From the IMG/VR virus record IMGVR_UViG_3300031420_000495, positions 64,001 through 128,000 of that record: a DNA stretch of 64,000 nucleotides, one strand, 5' to 3'. Source of the DNA: a virus (Duplodnaviria; Caudoviricetes). The notes beneath the pieces were generated by a model. The model saw nothing but the letters and a program-made list of their open reading frames with translations, ran no database searches and was not told the origin of the DNA. Shown here piece after piece: positions 47,937 through 56,244 of this stretch (position 1 is the stretch's first letter; every line of letters begins with the position of its first letter). The position numbers and the translations under genes were made by a program.

Positions 47937-48108
47937 GTCCTAGAATTCCATTCTCTTCGATGTATTTGAAGAACCTGTCCTTTTCTTCTTGGGACATGCC
48001 CCATGTTGCCTGCCACATTGCCAACAGATTCAGGGCAATGAAGCCGACGAAACACACGGCGATTATACCCAGAATCTTGAGAACGTGAAAGAATATTTCG
48101 AGGCTCAT
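47914..48108 (-). CDS. Small membrane protein
   Basis: One TM helix; ATGA coupling. Confidence 0.55.
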   Translation of the reverse strand: MSLEIFFHVLKILGIIAVCFVGFIALNLLAMWQATWGMSQEEKDRFFKYIEENGILGHDDDFWP

Positions 48109-48677
48109 ACAAAGTTCAGTTCGTTGCGTGCAGCATCAAGTGCTTTGTTCAGCTCAGGCATGCGTCGGCCGGTTCCACCCTTGTCTGGATGATCTTTGGA
48201 AACACGGATGCGATACGCTTGCTTGATGACCTTTGGGTCCTTTTCGCTTTGTGAAAGACCCAACACTTCGCGCCATTCAGACTTAGGTTTGTTCTCTTCT
48301 TTCCGGCCGAACTTCTTGTTGCGCTCGTACGTCTCGTAATATCGAATCTGATCGAAATACGAGCTGTAGTAACGGTTGAGCCAGCGTATATCGTGTTTGC
48401 GGAACCATGACTTCTTGCGGATGAATTCGGTCAGACGATCATGCGAGTAGTTGACCTCGGCAGTCGTCTTGCAGCGATGGTTGTGATTGCCTTTGCTGAA
48501 CAAGTCTTCAGCATCGAGATTTGCTCGGAGCATCGGTTTCTTGAAGAGCATCTTGCCGATGAGCGGTCGGAGCAGTTCATCGTATTTCGTGTGCAGGGTT
48601 AGGCACACGAACATAAAGGTCGTTGCCAATAGCGGCAGGATGAACTTCAGAAACAGTTCGAGATAGATTTCGGTCAT
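48105..48677 (-). CDS. Membrane-anchored DnaJ-domain protein
   Basis: C-terminal WREVLGL...IKQAYR...HPDKGG...LNKA; N-terminal TM helix. Confidence 0.85.
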   Translation of the reverse strand: MTEIYLELFLKFILPLLATTFMFVCLTLHTKYDELLRPLIGKMLFKKPMLRANLDAEDLFSKGNHNHRCKTTAEVNYSHDRLTEFIRKKSWFRKHDIRWLNRYYSSYFDQIRYYETYERNKKFGRKEENKPKSEWREVLGLSQSEKDPKVIKQAYRIRVSKDHPDKGGTGRRMPELNKALDAARNELNFV

Positions 48678-48898
48678 GATCCGAACTCGTCCATGCCGTC
48701 TTCCAGATCATAGGACGAACGATGCTCGATTTCTATGCCGAGTTCGGTCGCGAGTTTTTCCAGAGCATTGCCGGCCGTTTCCATGGAATGCCAGCCGTGA
48801 TCGTCATGGTTGAGATTGACGATATGCTTTTTGGTACCGTCCGACTTCACGAGGACGAAGTCAGCGGCTTCTTCGGAGGATGTGATGACAAGTTTCAT
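48674..48898 (-). CDS. Hypothetical protein
   Basis: Likely start ATG 48898. Confidence 0.5.
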   Translation of the reverse strand: MKLVITSSEEAADFVLVKSDGTKKHIVNLNHDDHGWHSMETAGNALEKLATELGIEIEHRSSYDLEDGMDEFGS

Positions 48899-48962
48899 GT
48901 TGCTATCCCGGATTAACGATGTAGTGATTCTACACCGAGTCATCCAGGATGCAACCCAACGT

Positions 48963-49229
48963 TTACGGCAGGAAACCGGCTACGATGACTTTTGCGCCGG
49001 CTTTTACTTCTTCGACTGGGAATTTGTCACGGGCGTTCTTCAACAGAGTTGTTGGTTCGCCCGACAGTTCGTCGTACAGCAGATTGCAGAACTCGTCCTG
49101 CAGTGCTTCGTCATTGTCGACGCTGTTGATGTACATGCCATCGAAACGTGTTGCATCACCGCCAACAACGAGGAATTTGATTGGGTCGGTGAACGTTTCG
49201 TAGATGATGACGGTGTTGAACTGGCTCAT
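48963..49229 (-). CDS. Hypothetical protein
   Basis: TAATG coupling with GroES gene. Confidence 0.6.
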   Translation of the reverse strand: MSQFNTVIIYETFTDPIKFLVVGGDATRFDGMYINSVDNDEALQDEFCNLLYDELSGEPTTLLKNARDKFPVEEVKAGAKVIVAGFLP

Positions 49230-49492
49230 TATACTTCTTCCAGAACAGCCAGGACGTCCTTATCAGTGAGGACGAGCATTGGAATGCCGTCAACCTTGAC
49301 TTCTTGTCCAGCGAACTTCGTGAACAGAACCATGTGTCCGCGCTCGATGTTCTTCACATTCGTGCCGACAGCAAGCACGCGGCCTTTGTCGTTGACTTCA
49401 GTTGGCAGGTCCGGAATGTAGAGACCAGCTGCGTTCTTCGGCTTTGGTGCGCGGAGAACGATGATGCGATTTCCGATTGGTTTGAGTTCCAT
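49229..49492 (-). CDS. groES: Co-chaperonin GroES (Cpn10)
   Basis: LKPIGNRIIV...AAGLYIPD...GRVLAVG...VLFTKFAGQEVKVDG...DVLAV; AAGGA RBS before ATG 49492. Confidence 0.9.
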   Translation of the reverse strand: MELKPIGNRIIVLRAPKPKNAAGLYIPDLPTEVNDKGRVLAVGTNVKNIERGHMVLFTKFAGQEVKVDGIPMLVLTDKDVLAVLEEV

Positions 49493-49499
49493 GATTTCC

Positions 49500-49685
49500 T
49501 TATGGTGATGGTGCTTCTTGCACTTTGAACAATGCGGACATTGGTGTCCACTTCTTCCAGGTGCCGTCGTCTTTATTTGCTGGCGTGACTTCAACCAGCT
49601 CTTGCGATTTGCCGCCTACGCCGGCACGCGCTGCTTTGCGGCCGGTCAGTTTGACTTCGTGTTCGCCCAGTACGTATGTGTCCAT
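49500..49685 (-). CDS. Hypothetical protein (61 aa)
   Basis: TAATG coupling to the KptA gene (start 49685). Confidence 0.5.
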   Translation of the reverse strand: MDTYVLGEHEVKLTGRKAARAGVGGKSQELVEVTPANKDDGTWKKWTPMSALFKVQEAPSP

Positions 49686-50221
49686 TACTTGGTTCCCTTG
49701 ATATATTTCGGATCGACGTAATCGACAAGCCAAACGCCATTATCGGATTGAAGAAAATCGATGCCGTCCTTCAACATCGCAGGCGTGTCGATGATGACAA
49801 CCACTTCAGAACCTTTCCGCATGCCGACAGATGCAGCAGTGTCGACGTCGTCAGTGAGGTGGACGTGGTGGCGCTTCATCTTCTTGATGCCGGTCTTCAA
49901 CATCGATTCGTATCCGACTTTGTTTGTGCCGTGATACAGCTCGACTGGCGGAACTGCTTTCTTGAATGGGATCTTGACGCAATCCATGGAATGACCCTGG
50001 TTCGCACGGATCGATCCACGGTCAATTGTGTATCGACCTTTTTCGTCTTCCTTCACAATCTTTTCCAGGTCGGACTGTGTGAACTCTGGCCAACGCTTTT
50101 GCATTTGCGCAACGATGGTTTCGCACTTCACGTAGCCGGTCTTGCTGATCTGAATCTTCATTCTCACAGCGCCATGCCGAAGAATGAAGGACAGTTCTTT
50201 GCTTTGTTGGTCTTTGTTCAT
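49685..50221 (-). CDS. kptA: RNA 2'-phosphotransferase (Tpt1/KptA)
   Basis: LSFILRH, RY..D...IRANQGHS, LYHGT, MKRHHVHL, NGVWL. Confidence 0.9.
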   Translation of the reverse strand: MNKDQQSKELSFILRHGAVRMKIQISKTGYVKCETIVAQMQKRWPEFTQSDLEKIVKEDEKGRYTIDRGSIRANQGHSMDCVKIPFKKAVPPVELYHGTNKVGYESMLKTGIKKMKRHHVHLTDDVDTAASVGMRKGSEVVVIIDTPAMLKDGIDFLQSDNGVWLVDYVDPKYIKGTK

Positions 50222-50222
50222 T

Positions 50223-50447
50223 TCAATCTCTTACCTGGGCAATCTCAATCGCTTGAGTTATCATTTCAATCGCGAAGTCAGATGCCAAGCTGGAGTGAAC
50301 GCATTCATCACGAATTTCTTCCAGCTCGGTCTTGACGACTTCATTCGTGCAACCGATCAGACGTTTTATCTTGGCGGTCATTGTACTATCGATCTGCGCG
50401 TCGGGTGCTTGTGATAGTGTCGTTAAAAGTGGGTCCAGTCTACTCAT
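50223..50447 (-). CDS. Hypothetical protein
   Basis: ATGA coupling. Confidence 0.55.
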   Translation of the reverse strand: MSRLDPLLTTLSQAPDAQIDSTMTAKIKRLIGCTNEVVKTELEEIRDECVHSSLASDFAIEMITQAIEIAQVRD

Positions 50448-51055
50448 ACTTCCAGGGCTACGTTGGCAAGCGCTCGCATATTGCGAGCGGTCTCAAGTGT
50501 GATGAGCGCGTCATCCAGTGCGTTGTGCGAACCATCTCGCACGATGCCGGTGAAGAACTCAAACACGTCATTCGATCGATATTTACCGATCAACATGAAA
50601 CCTGTGCCAGACGTTTCCAGCTTGACGTGGTGAATCTTCAGCTCAACGCCAAAGTCACGTGCCAGTTGCTGGGTGAAGCAGATGTCGAAGTCGACGTTGT
50701 GGCCGAGGAACATGATCTTGCTTTCCGTGCCGATGTAGCGCAAGATGAGGTCGAGAAGATCAGTCAGACCTTCTTCACGCGACACACCATTGGCTGCGAG
50801 GTATTCACGGGACAGGCCGTGAATCTTCTCTGCACCGTCGGTCCACTTGTACTTCGTGTCATCGAACTGGAGTTCGCGATACAAGGTTTCGACTGGCTCG
50901 AACGTTTCCGTGTCGAAGATGATCGCACCGTATGCGATGCCCTGGTAGTCGATTGTACTGTCTCCGCCGAAGTTGGAGCCAGTTGTTTCCCAGTCGATCG
51001 CCAGGCCGTATTTGCCTGGATGAACGCGGGAGTATGAGGTTTTTGCCATCATCAT
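50444..51055 (-). CDS. DEDDh 3'-5' exonuclease (DnaQ/RNase T-like)
   Basis: IDWETTG, GHNVDFD, HNALDDA. Confidence 0.85.
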   Translation of the reverse strand: MMMAKTSYSRVHPGKYGLAIDWETTGSNFGGDSTIDYQGIAYGAIIFDTETFEPVETLYRELQFDDTKYKWTDGAEKIHGLSREYLAANGVSREEGLTDLLDLILRYIGTESKIMFLGHNVDFDICFTQQLARDFGVELKIHHVKLETSGTGFMLIGKYRSNDVFEFFTGIVRDGSHNALDDALITLETARNMRALANVALEV

Positions 51056-51079
51056 GATTGTGATATAAATCCTATAAAT

Positions 51080-51301
51080 TTAAGAGTATGCGCCTACGCA
51101 TTGCCCGCTGACACGCGCAGAAGCTTTTAGCTCTTCTACAATGTACTCAGCATGTTCGAAGCTGAGTGCATAAATGTAGGTGCTAAATTTCCCATCTGCT
51201 GTATCGTAGTCAACAGAAAATAGATTCCATGTGCGCCCGTCAACTTTAACTGACAATGGTTGTGGAATTCCAGGCAATTTGTTAGGTTCGTTAGTATCCA
51301 C
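51080..51301 (-). CDS. Small hypothetical phage protein
   Basis: Probable GTG start at 51301 overlapping the kinase end; track start at 51436 is too long. Confidence 0.45.
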   Translation of the reverse strand: MDTNEPNKLPGIPQPLSVKVDGRTWNLFSVDYDTADGKFSTYIYALSFEHAEYIVEELKASARVSGQCVGAYS

Positions 51302-51911
51302 GTACAGCTTTCGAAATCCAGTGGTAAGATTCTTCCACGCGGTCTTCAACCGACAGGGACTTGATCTTCTTGTAGGGTATGTTGCGTGGATGCACTTCTT
51401 CGAAGAAGCGATCCATCTGCGTAGAGACGAAATCAATGTGTCGTTGATCAGCGCGATGTGGGTCCGCCTGGAATCGAACGTGCGGCATTGATGGCAGGAT
51501 CAAATTGCCGGAATACACTTTCTGATTTTCAGAGCAGAGTTTGACGTAGTCCATGAGGAAACGGATTGCTTCACCCAGTTCCCATTTGCCGGAGTCGACC
51601 AGCTCCCACGTCCAAAGTTGTGTGTAGGTAACGATGTCTGCGAATGTGCGCTCGGTCATGATGATGTCCACATCCTTGCGCTCGATGTTTTCCAGTTCGC
51701 GAACGTACTTGACGTCTCGCACTTTTGCCTGGAAAGCCATCATCGTTTCTGGGCTTTCCATCACATTCGACAGCGAGTCCCAGCCAAGTTGTTTTTGTAC
51801 TTCGCGGGAGACTTTGAAATCGTCCACGACGATTCCTTTGTCTTTCAACCCTTCAAGGAGTGTTGTCTTGCCACCACCCTGTGGACCGCTTAATCCGATC
51901 AGTCTAGCCAT
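51291..51911 (-). CDS. P-loop nucleotide kinase (dNMP/thymidylate kinase-like, AAA_28)
   Basis: IGLSGPQGGGKTT; ERTFAD. Confidence 0.75.
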   Translation of the reverse strand: MARLIGLSGPQGGGKTTLLEGLKDKGIVVDDFKVSREVQKQLGWDSLSNVMESPETMMAFQAKVRDVKYVRELENIERKDVDIIMTERTFADIVTYTQLWTWELVDSGKWELGEAIRFLMDYVKLCSENQKVYSGNLILPSMPHVRFQADPHRADQRHIDFVSTQMDRFFEEVHPRNIPYKKIKSLSVEDRVEESYHWISKAVRGY

Positions 51912-52293
51912 TGATAATTTTCTTCAGATGTTTCATATCCCTCTCCAGCTCTGATGCTGTGAGGTCCTTTGCGTTGAAGCCGAGTTCGCTGGCAGGAAAC
52001 TGAACGAAGTGATACGTCATCACGGTTCGTGGCTGTTCAGAAAGCAGAATGGGCGAGGTCACCCAAGTATCCTCTGAACGTTGGTTCCGTGTATATTCTA
52101 CGATCATTCTTTCCGTCATGAAACTCGAGATGAAGTCATGGATATTCTGACCACGTTTCAGTGGTGAGATACCCCGCGCAGTTGATTGGATCAAGCGACC
52201 GTCCACTTCCTGAATGCTGGAAGCTACGACCTTGACTAACATTTTCTCTTTCATGTTGACCTTTAGTTGCGCGGACTCAAGTTCTGGTCTCAA
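51904..52293 (-). CDS. Hypothetical protein
   Basis: In-operon ORF; start may be ATG 52254. Confidence 0.55.
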   Translation of the reverse strand: MRPELESAQLKVNMKEKMLVKVVASSIQEVDGRLIQSTARGISPLKRGQNIHDFISSFMTERMIVEYTRNQRSEDTWVTSPILLSEQPRTVMTYHFVQFPASELGFNAKDLTASELERDMKHLKKIING

Positions 52294-52400
52294 CGCTATG
52301 TTGTTATAATATCACTAATTCCGTGATGCAACAATATTTATTCTGATCAACTTGGCCAAAATCCATAAATATCGTATCAAAATCCCATCGGACCCACCCA

Positions 52401-52937
52401 ATGAGTATCACATTCAAAGCATTTGCCGCAATGCTGGCAGAAGGCAAGCAGACGTATTCCAACGAAGGTTCTTGGAAAGAGGACGCTGAAGAAGCCGGCT
52501 TCAAAGTCAAGAAGCTGTCCGGCGAAGTTGCCGATGGCGATCAGACGTGGGGCGCGTTCGACGAGCACGACAAGAAAGTTGGTGAGTTCACCGAAGCTGA
52601 AGAAGGCGGTTGGCTAATGCTGGAAGGGCGAGTCGACGAACTGTTTGGCATCTTCCGGAACAACGAGAAGAAAGCCGCTGAACGCGAGCAGCTGAAGAAG
52701 GATACGGCTAAGATGGTTGATGACCATCGCAAGCGTCAAGAACTGAAACGCCAACAACAGGCCCAGAAGAACGGCCGTGGTGAGGGTGAAGACGTCGATC
52801 CAGAGGACGACGAAGAAGATGACAAAAAGAAAAAGACGACTTCACAAACCCGAAGCGCATCTACCCGCGGAACCCGGACAACACAATCGGCCGCACAGGG
52901 TCGAGCAGCTGAACGTGATTGGGTGAACAACATGTAA
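52401..52937 (+). CDS. Putative internal head protein (CTS-like N-terminus, highly charged)
   Basis: ATAAATA at 52365-52371. MSITFKAFAAMLAE resembles the T4 capsid-targeting peptide; internal LMLE. Confidence 0.55.
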   Translation: MSITFKAFAAMLAEGKQTYSNEGSWKEDAEEAGFKVKKLSGEVADGDQTWGAFDEHDKKVGEFTEAEEGGWLMLEGRVDELFGIFRNNEKKAAEREQLKKDTAKMVDDHRKRQELKRQQQAQKNGRGEGEDVDPEDDEEDDKKKKTTSQTRSASTRGTRTTQSAAQGRAAERDWVNNM

Positions 52938-52939
52938 AG

Positions 52940-52964
52940 AAAAAGGGACCTCACGGTCCCTTTT
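52940..52964. terminator. Bidirectional intrinsic terminator
   Basis: AAAAAGGGACC-TCAC-GGTCCCTTTT between convergent genes. Confidence 0.85.
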
Positions 52965-52984
52965 CTTATTTGTCAGCTAATGCT
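52965..52984 (-). repeat. Dispersed 20-bp element copy 3
   Basis: Exact match to copies 1 and 2. Confidence 0.9.
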
Positions 52985-52997
52985 ATAATTTTTGCGT

Positions 52998-53405
52998 TTA
53001 CAGCAGCCGGTTGCAGCGCACCATCTCGTAGTGACAGCGAGTAACGATGTCGATTGAATACGCGGTGACATCGATTTTTTCCCGATGGAAAAACCAATAC
53101 ATTGCGTCCATGCTTGCATGCAAGTCTGCCAGAAGAAATTCTTCGACACCGCGTCTACCGAGCACGCGTTCCTCTCCCTTCTTCCATCGACCGATTTCGT
53201 CCACCAGCATACGTGGAATCGATCCCAGGTCTTTCACTGATTGTTTCAGTTCCCGATGCTTCAGCTCGATCGCTTTCGATACGGCGGGATTCCGGGTTGC
53301 ATACAGCTGTGCCGCTTCGAGTAGAATGTTGACTTGTGACAACATAGTCAACATCGCCCGTTCAGCCTGATTGATCAGGCTCTCGCGCATATCCGTGTCG
53401 TCCAT
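52998..53405 (-). CDS. Hypothetical helical protein
   Basis: GGAGA RBS; TAAATA at 53433-53438. Confidence 0.65.
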   Translation of the reverse strand: MDDTDMRESLINQAERAMLTMLSQVNILLEAAQLYATRNPAVSKAIELKHRELKQSVKDLGSIPRMLVDEIGRWKKGEERVLGRRGVEEFLLADLHASMDAMYWFFHREKIDVTAYSIDIVTRCHYEMVRCNRLL

Positions 53406-53440
53406 GATTTCTCCAGTTACTTAGATGGAGACTATTTACC

Positions 53441-53605
53441 TTAGTTTCGCGGCCAGAACTTGTGGACGTAGAAGACGATCGTGGCGATGACGATACCCGT
53501 GATGATGATCGACAGGATCGCAGCGACCTTGACGACGGCGAAGAAGATCGCCAACGCAACTGCTGTTGCCAGCAGAGCGTAGAATGTGATTTTCAGCTTT
53601 TCCAT
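53441..53605 (-). CDS. 54-aa hydrophobic membrane protein absent from ORF track
   Basis: Own translation: MEKLKITFYALLATAVALAIFFAVVKVAAILSIIITGIVIATIVFYVHKFWPRN. Starts 3 nt after the MazG-ACP stop. Confidence 0.6.
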   Translation of the reverse strand: MEKLKITFYALLATAVALAIFFAVVKVAAILSIIITGIVIATIVFYVHKFWPRN

Positions 53606-53608
53606 GTT

Positions 53609-54448
53609 TTACCCTTTGTTGTTGAAGCGCGAACGCTCTTGCATCCGTTCCTCGAGTGTCAGGTGCCGGCCAGTGCGTTCGGTGTAGTCCGCGGCCGGAT
53701 CGTAGTGGGTCGTCTGCTCGATGCTGGACTTGCGGCCGATTGCAGTGGCTCGCATTGTATCCATTTCGTGAATGACTTCTTCTTCTTCCTCGGCGCTGTA
53801 TTTGCCGTATTCATCGTCAGGCACACCGAACCGGGTGTTGACGTACGAGATGACGTGCTGCACAGTGAAGAGGCGTTCAGCATCGCGATCCGAGATTTCG
53901 AACTCGAACTCGTCTTCGACGGCCATGCACAGCTCGACCAGGTCCAGCGAGTCGGCGCCGAGGTCTTCCACTAGTCGCGCATCACGCACGACATCGCTTC
54001 GTGCCAGGCCAAGTTGCTCCTGGATGATCTTCATGCATCGTTGCGTGATGTCATGAGATTCGCCAGTCGGTTTGGCAGTTTCGGATGCGGTCTCGTCTTC
54101 TTGGGCCTGTGCTGCGATGCGAGCTTGGTCGCCGCTCTGCACCGTAGCCCACTTCGAGTTCTTGCGTTCGAACTCGGACAGGAACAGTTCCAGCACTTGC
54201 TTCTTGGAAAGTTCCGGATGCGCGTCGACCAGGATGGCCAGTGCACATTGTACCACGTCGGCGACTTCGCCGGACAGCGGTTCCTTCATCACTTTGTGCG
54301 TGATGTAGCCTTGATGGATGTTGACACACTCGGCGAGTTCGCCGACTTCTTCCATCAGCTTGCCCAGCTTGGCGCCGAGTGGTTTGATGTCGGTACCGGA
54401 CAGACGATGGACATCGCCGAATGATTGTGCGAACGTTTGTGTTTTCAT
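53609..54448 (-). CDS. Fusion of MazG-like NTP pyrophosphohydrolase and acyl carrier protein domain
   Basis: MazG: KLMEEVGELAE...EVADVV. ACP: IIQEQLG...LVEDLGADSLDLVELCMAVEDEFEFEISDRDAERLFTVQHVISYV with intact DSL Ser. Confidence 0.85.
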   Translation of the reverse strand: MKTQTFAQSFGDVHRLSGTDIKPLGAKLGKLMEEVGELAECVNIHQGYITHKVMKEPLSGEVADVVQCALAILVDAHPELSKKQVLELFLSEFERKNSKWATVQSGDQARIAAQAQEDETASETAKPTGESHDITQRCMKIIQEQLGLARSDVVRDARLVEDLGADSLDLVELCMAVEDEFEFEISDRDAERLFTVQHVISYVNTRFGVPDDEYGKYSAEEEEEVIHEMDTMRATAIGRKSSIEQTTHYDPAADYTERTGRHLTLEERMQERSRFNNKG

Positions 54449-54684
54449 AGTTGTCGTGTTTTGTTTTGAATGTCGTAGACGACCCGCATCAGTTCATAAT
54501 GCTGGTTGGTTTGAATGTTGTGGATCGTCACTTGATTGCCCTTCAGCTGCAGCAGCATCCAGTGGATCGCGAATACGATCAGCATGATTCCGACGAATCC
54601 GATGACGGCAATGCCGACTCCGGAAATCAGATAGATGACGTACGCGAGCAGTGCTGCGCCGACGGTTGCGGGTATGAATGGCAT
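54445..54684 (-). CDS. Small membrane protein (2 TM)
   Basis: Hydrophobic N-half; TAATG/ATGA coupling. Confidence 0.6.
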   Translation of the reverse strand: MPFIPATVGAALLAYVIYLISGVGIAVIGFVGIMLIVFAIHWMLLQLKGNQVTIHNIQTNQHYELMRVVYDIQNKTRQL

Positions 54685-54881
54685 TAGTACTCCGTGCGGT
54701 GGACAAGTTCGCCCGAGGGCTCGCCATGTGCGTTGACCATCGAAATCAGGCAGACTGCCATTTTACGTGGGTTTTCCAGTTTGTTCTGCAACATCTCAGT
54801 CAGGAGCTTGATGTGCTTAGCGACTTCTGCGTTCGACGAATATTCGATGACAACCGACTTACCGTTGGGAATGACGTTCAT
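54684..54881 (-). CDS. Hypothetical protein
   Basis: Coupled in operon. Confidence 0.55.
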   Translation of the reverse strand: MNVIPNGKSVVIEYSSNAEVAKHIKLLTEMLQNKLENPRKMAVCLISMVNAHGEPSGELVHRTEY

Positions 54882-55099
54882 TTGGTTTCGTCCTGTTCGT
54901 TGTTCAGCGCGTCGATGTGCACGCGCAGCATGTGGTTCGGCATTGATGGTGTCGGCGGCGGTTCATTGCCGGTCAGGTCTTTGACGAAGCCCTTCGGGCT
55001 GGTCATGTAGTTGATCACGACGAACATGCCGAGCAGCAGGCCGAAGATAATTGCGAGGATGACGCCGATCACGATTGCGATGATGGTTCCGAGACTCAT
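54878..55099 (-). CDS. Small membrane protein (1 TM)
   Basis: Hydrophobic N-terminus; AAGGA RBS. Confidence 0.6.
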   Translation of the reverse strand: MSLGTIIAIVIGVILAIIFGLLLGMFVVINYMTSPKGFVKDLTGNEPPPTPSMPNHMLRVHIDALNNEQDETK

Positions 55100-55108
55100 G
55101 GGATTTCC

Positions 55109-55426
55109 TTAGGTGTTGAAGATGATGACAGACACGCCGCGCAGCTTTTCATCTTGCCAGACAACGTGTTGATGAGGGACGAAGCGCCACATACGAACAT
55201 CGCCATCTGCCTCGCGTTCAGTGTGATCCAGAACGAAAGGAACTTCCCGGCCGGTCCGGTCCGACACCATCACAAAACCTTCTCCGCCTTCGTCATGCCA
55301 CAACTGGTCGAAAGCGTTCTTGTTTGCGTGGGAAAGTTGAGACTGGTCAGCGAAGAATGTTCTGGTCTTTGCACCGTAACTGAACATGTTGCTGTTGATG
55401 CGATTCGCGATTGCTTGGCTTTTCAT
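55109..55426 (-). CDS. Hypothetical early protein
   Basis: GGAG RBS; in early operon. Confidence 0.6.
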   Translation of the reverse strand: MKSQAIANRINSNMFSYGAKTRTFFADQSQLSHANKNAFDQLWHDEGGEGFVMVSDRTGREVPFVLDHTEREADGDVRMWRFVPHQHVVWQDEKLRGVSVIIFNT

Positions 55427-55437
55427 GATGGCTCCGA

Positions 55438-55671
55438 TCAGATCAACGTGAGGTCAGCAGCATCGACTGCAGTGCCCATGTCCTTGAACACTGCATCCGG
55501 CAGCTTGCGATGATCGCACATCACGCTTACCAGATTCATGTCTTCGATGACGCCGGTCACGGTTGCGGTAACAACCTTGCCAGCCATATTTTCGCAGCGA
55601 GCAGCTTTGCCGCGAATTTTGAACTTGACACGTTGACCTACCTTGCATTCTGCGAGCGTTGCCATCTTCAT
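55438..55671 (-). CDS. Small SH3/KOW-like early protein
   Basis: KVGQRVKF...TATVTGV...VSV.C pattern; first gene after promoter. Confidence 0.55.
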   Translation of the reverse strand: MKMATLAECKVGQRVKFKIRGKAARCENMAGKVVTATVTGVIEDMNLVSVMCDHRKLPDAVFKDMGTAVDAADLTLI

Positions 55672-55695
55672 CTCCGTTGATCAGTTGATGTAGAG

Positions 55696-55724
55696 ATTAT
55701 ACCCGCATCACTCCAATATGCACA
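55696..55724 (-). promoter_or_regulatory. Early-type promoter TGTGCA-N17-TATAAT
   Basis: Perfect -10 and 17-nt spacer. Confidence 0.75.
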
Positions 55725-55733
55725 GCACTTTAA

Positions 55734-55901
55734 TCAAAGGAATCGCTTGTAGTACGCTTCGAACATCTTGTCAAGTTCCATCAGCAAGCGGTCGTACTGA
55801 TCGGGCTTACCGCGGAAAGATTTCCGACGAACACGAATGGCTTCGTAATCTACCAGCATCAGCTTGTAGAGTTCTTCTCCCAGTGCTTCACGATTAGTCA
55901 T
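55734..55901 (-). CDS. Hypothetical protein (55 aa)
   Basis: ATG 55901 overlapping the upstream gene end. Confidence 0.45.
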   Translation of the reverse strand: MTNREALGEELYKLMLVDYEAIRVRRKSFRGKPDQYDRLLMELDKMFEAYYKRFL

Positions 55902-56244
55902 TATGCACCAGTCTTTCATCGAAGTAAGAATTGCTTCGCGCCTTCCAATCTTCCGGCACCTCGTCGATGTCGACCCATGCGGCATCGCTTTCTTCCAGGA
56001 AACCTTCAAAGAAGTAGACGTTTGCTGAACGTTCCTCGAGTTGCCGAAGCGTCAGCACCTTGGCGTAGTACGCTTCGAGGATTGCTGGTTCAACTTCGAA
56101 GATTATCCACGTGTGGACAGTGCGTGCGTCGTTGACGTCGACCCATTTCACGAGATAGGTTTTGTCTTTGTGTTCCATGACGGACAGCAGCGGGCCGTCA
56201 TACCAGATCAGGTCACGAATGTGTTTTGCGTCTGCGAAGTTCAT
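55894..56244 (-). CDS. Hypothetical protein (YDGPLL motif, DUF6575-like)
   Basis: LIWYDGPLL...YLVKWVD...WIIFEV; AGGA RBS. Confidence 0.6.
   Translation of the reverse strand: MNFADAKHIRDLIWYDGPLLSVMEHKDKTYLVKWVDVNDARTVHTWIIFEVEPAILEAYYAKVLTLRQLEERSANVYFFEGFLEESDAAWVDIDEVPEDWKARSNSYFDERLVHND

Noticed and set aside
52965-52989. Reading the 20-bp repeat as a standard sigma70 promoter (TTGTCA...TATAAT)
   Set aside because: The spacer is only 8 nt, and TATAAT is not conserved in the other two copies.
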